This document shows, one piece after another, positions 23,878 to 24,714 of a stretch of DNA of 24,714 nucleotides. The stretch is from IMG/VR virus record IMGVR_UViG_3300011339_000925; one strand, written 5' to 3'. The notes beneath the pieces are model-generated. The model searched no databases. It was not told the DNA's origin and worked only from the letters and a program-made list of their open reading frames with translations. A program made the translations under genes and the position numbers. Each line of letters begins with the position of its first letter. Positions within the stretch are counted from its first letter, which is position 1. Source of the DNA: an uncultured virus (IMG/VR IMGVR_UViG_3300011339_000925) (Duplodnaviria; Heunggongvirae; Uroviricota; Caudoviricetes).

Positions 23878-24714
23878 CTATTTTTTCTTTTTATTAAAGA
23901 GTTTAATAGAACTTTTAATTTTACCTCCGTACATTTTTGTAACATCAGGATCGCCAGCTTTTAAAATAGCTCTTTGTTCAGGTGTCAACTTAGTTGCATC
24001 TTGAGCTTGTTGTTCTAAAGCACCTAAATACAATAGTTTTCTACCATACACACCAGTGTCCATATCTTTTTCTAGCACTTTTAATTTACGACCTTCTAAA
24101 TTAAATTGAGCTTTATCTCTTCTTTGCGCTTGTTGAATATCAGAAAGATTACCATATATATTTGATTGACCTGTTATTTGAGCCATATCTCTATTATAGA
24201 ATCTATCAGCATTTTCAACAGCAGTTCTAGCGTTTTGTGCAGCTATTGTATTGTTTAATATATTTTGCTGATTTTGTATATCTGTATTTTGTATAGTTTC
24301 GTCTAAATTAATTTTATTTTTAGCACTTAACATTTGTCCATACATATTAGCTCTAGCAGCTGCTGCTGTAGCAGAATTAGTTAAATCTCTACTTACTAAT
24401 TGATTAGCTTCTCTTCTTTGTACATCAGCTTCATTTCTTAAAGCATCATAATTAACTTTATTTAAATTTACATTAGGATTTAATGCTTGTTGAGGTGGAG
24501 CCATTTTACCAAACCTTCTATTAAGTTGCATATTTTTAGCTATACCAAGATAAGGCATTAAATCTTGACCTTTAGATAATATATTACCTACCCTAGACCA
24601 ATCAAATTTTTGACGATCAGGTAAAACTATTTTAGGATCTTCAAATGTGTCCATAAATTTTCCATTTACAGGTGGTAAACCATCTGTATCATCTAAACCA
24701 TTTCCAGCTTTAAA
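23878..24714 (-). CDS. 5'-truncated probable virion cargo/internal protein (N/Q/A-rich helical, C-terminal MYGG plus basic tail)
   Basis: The frame stays open upstream of the listed Met at 24654 to the window edge (FKAGNGLDDTDGLPPVNGKF-M...), so the true start is probably outside. No Cys. Ends KMYGGKIKSSIKLFNKKKK-TAG. Confidence 0.8.
   Translation of the reverse strand, partial: FKAGNGLDDTDGLPPVNGKFMDTFEDPKIVLPDRQKFDWSRVGNILSKGQDLMPYLGIAKNMQLNRRFGKMAPPQQALNPNVNLNKVNYDALRNEADVQRREANQLVSRDLTNSATAAAARANMYGQMLSAKNKINLDETIQNTDIQNQQNILNNTIAAQNARTAVENADRFYNRDMAQITGQSNIYGNLSDIQQAQRRDKAQFNLEGRKLKVLEKDMDTGVYGRKLLYLGALEQQAQDATKLTPEQRAILKAGDPDVTKMYGGKIKSSIKLFNKKKK

Larger units (their letters stand above)
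1..24714 (-). other. crAss-like (Crassvirales-type) phage virion cargo / virion RNA polymerase gene module
   Basis: Giant co-oriented, tightly overlapping ORFs, a two-barrel RNAP with RIP...GSDYDVDK and VDNAK motifs fused to a zincin, a free-standing GIY-YIG nuclease, TAnnTTTG/A promoter-like boxes and A-rich starts without Shine-Dalgarno, typical of Bacteroidota phages. Confidence 0.85.

Noticed and set aside
24652..24654. Listed Met as the true start of the rightmost gene
   Set aside because: The frame is open to the window edge with protein-like sequence, so the gene probably starts outside the window.

Overview
A very AT-rich phage segment with all genes on the minus strand, read with standard code 11. 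It is best interpreted as the virion cargo (ejected protein) and virion RNA polymerase module of a crAss-like (Crassvirales-type, Bacteroidota-infecting) phage. Transcription order, right to left: 5'-truncated cargo-like protein; terminator and Bacteroidota-type promoter; 671-aa cargo-like protein; 4999-aa polyprotein (Gly-rich membrane helices, two-barrel RNAP with DYDVD, HExxH zincin, SLOG-like domain, Dda/RecD-like SF1B helicase); 202-aa protein; GIY-YIG/NUMOD3 homing endonuclease; 1684-aa polyvalent protein (DUF4326-like, two ART-PolyVal-like cassettes, ASCH-like, helical ejection domain); small membrane protein. Most striking observation: by my reading, the 4999-, 202- and 1684-aa proteins (6885 aa) contain only four cysteines, all at facing termini (...TECK*/MNC... 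and ...KQCS*/MGC...). This suggests a head-to-tail disulfide or docking chain of ejected proteins. One junction lies in an 808-bp repeat-flanked homing-endonuclease block that appears to have split an ancestral gene while supplying its own Cys-tail/Cys-head pair. Other signals are repeat-flanked swappable effector cassettes, a recurrent E-x-S-[IL]-[DE] linker motif and two candidate overprinted micro-ORFs. Family calls come from motif recognition by eye, not from database searches.
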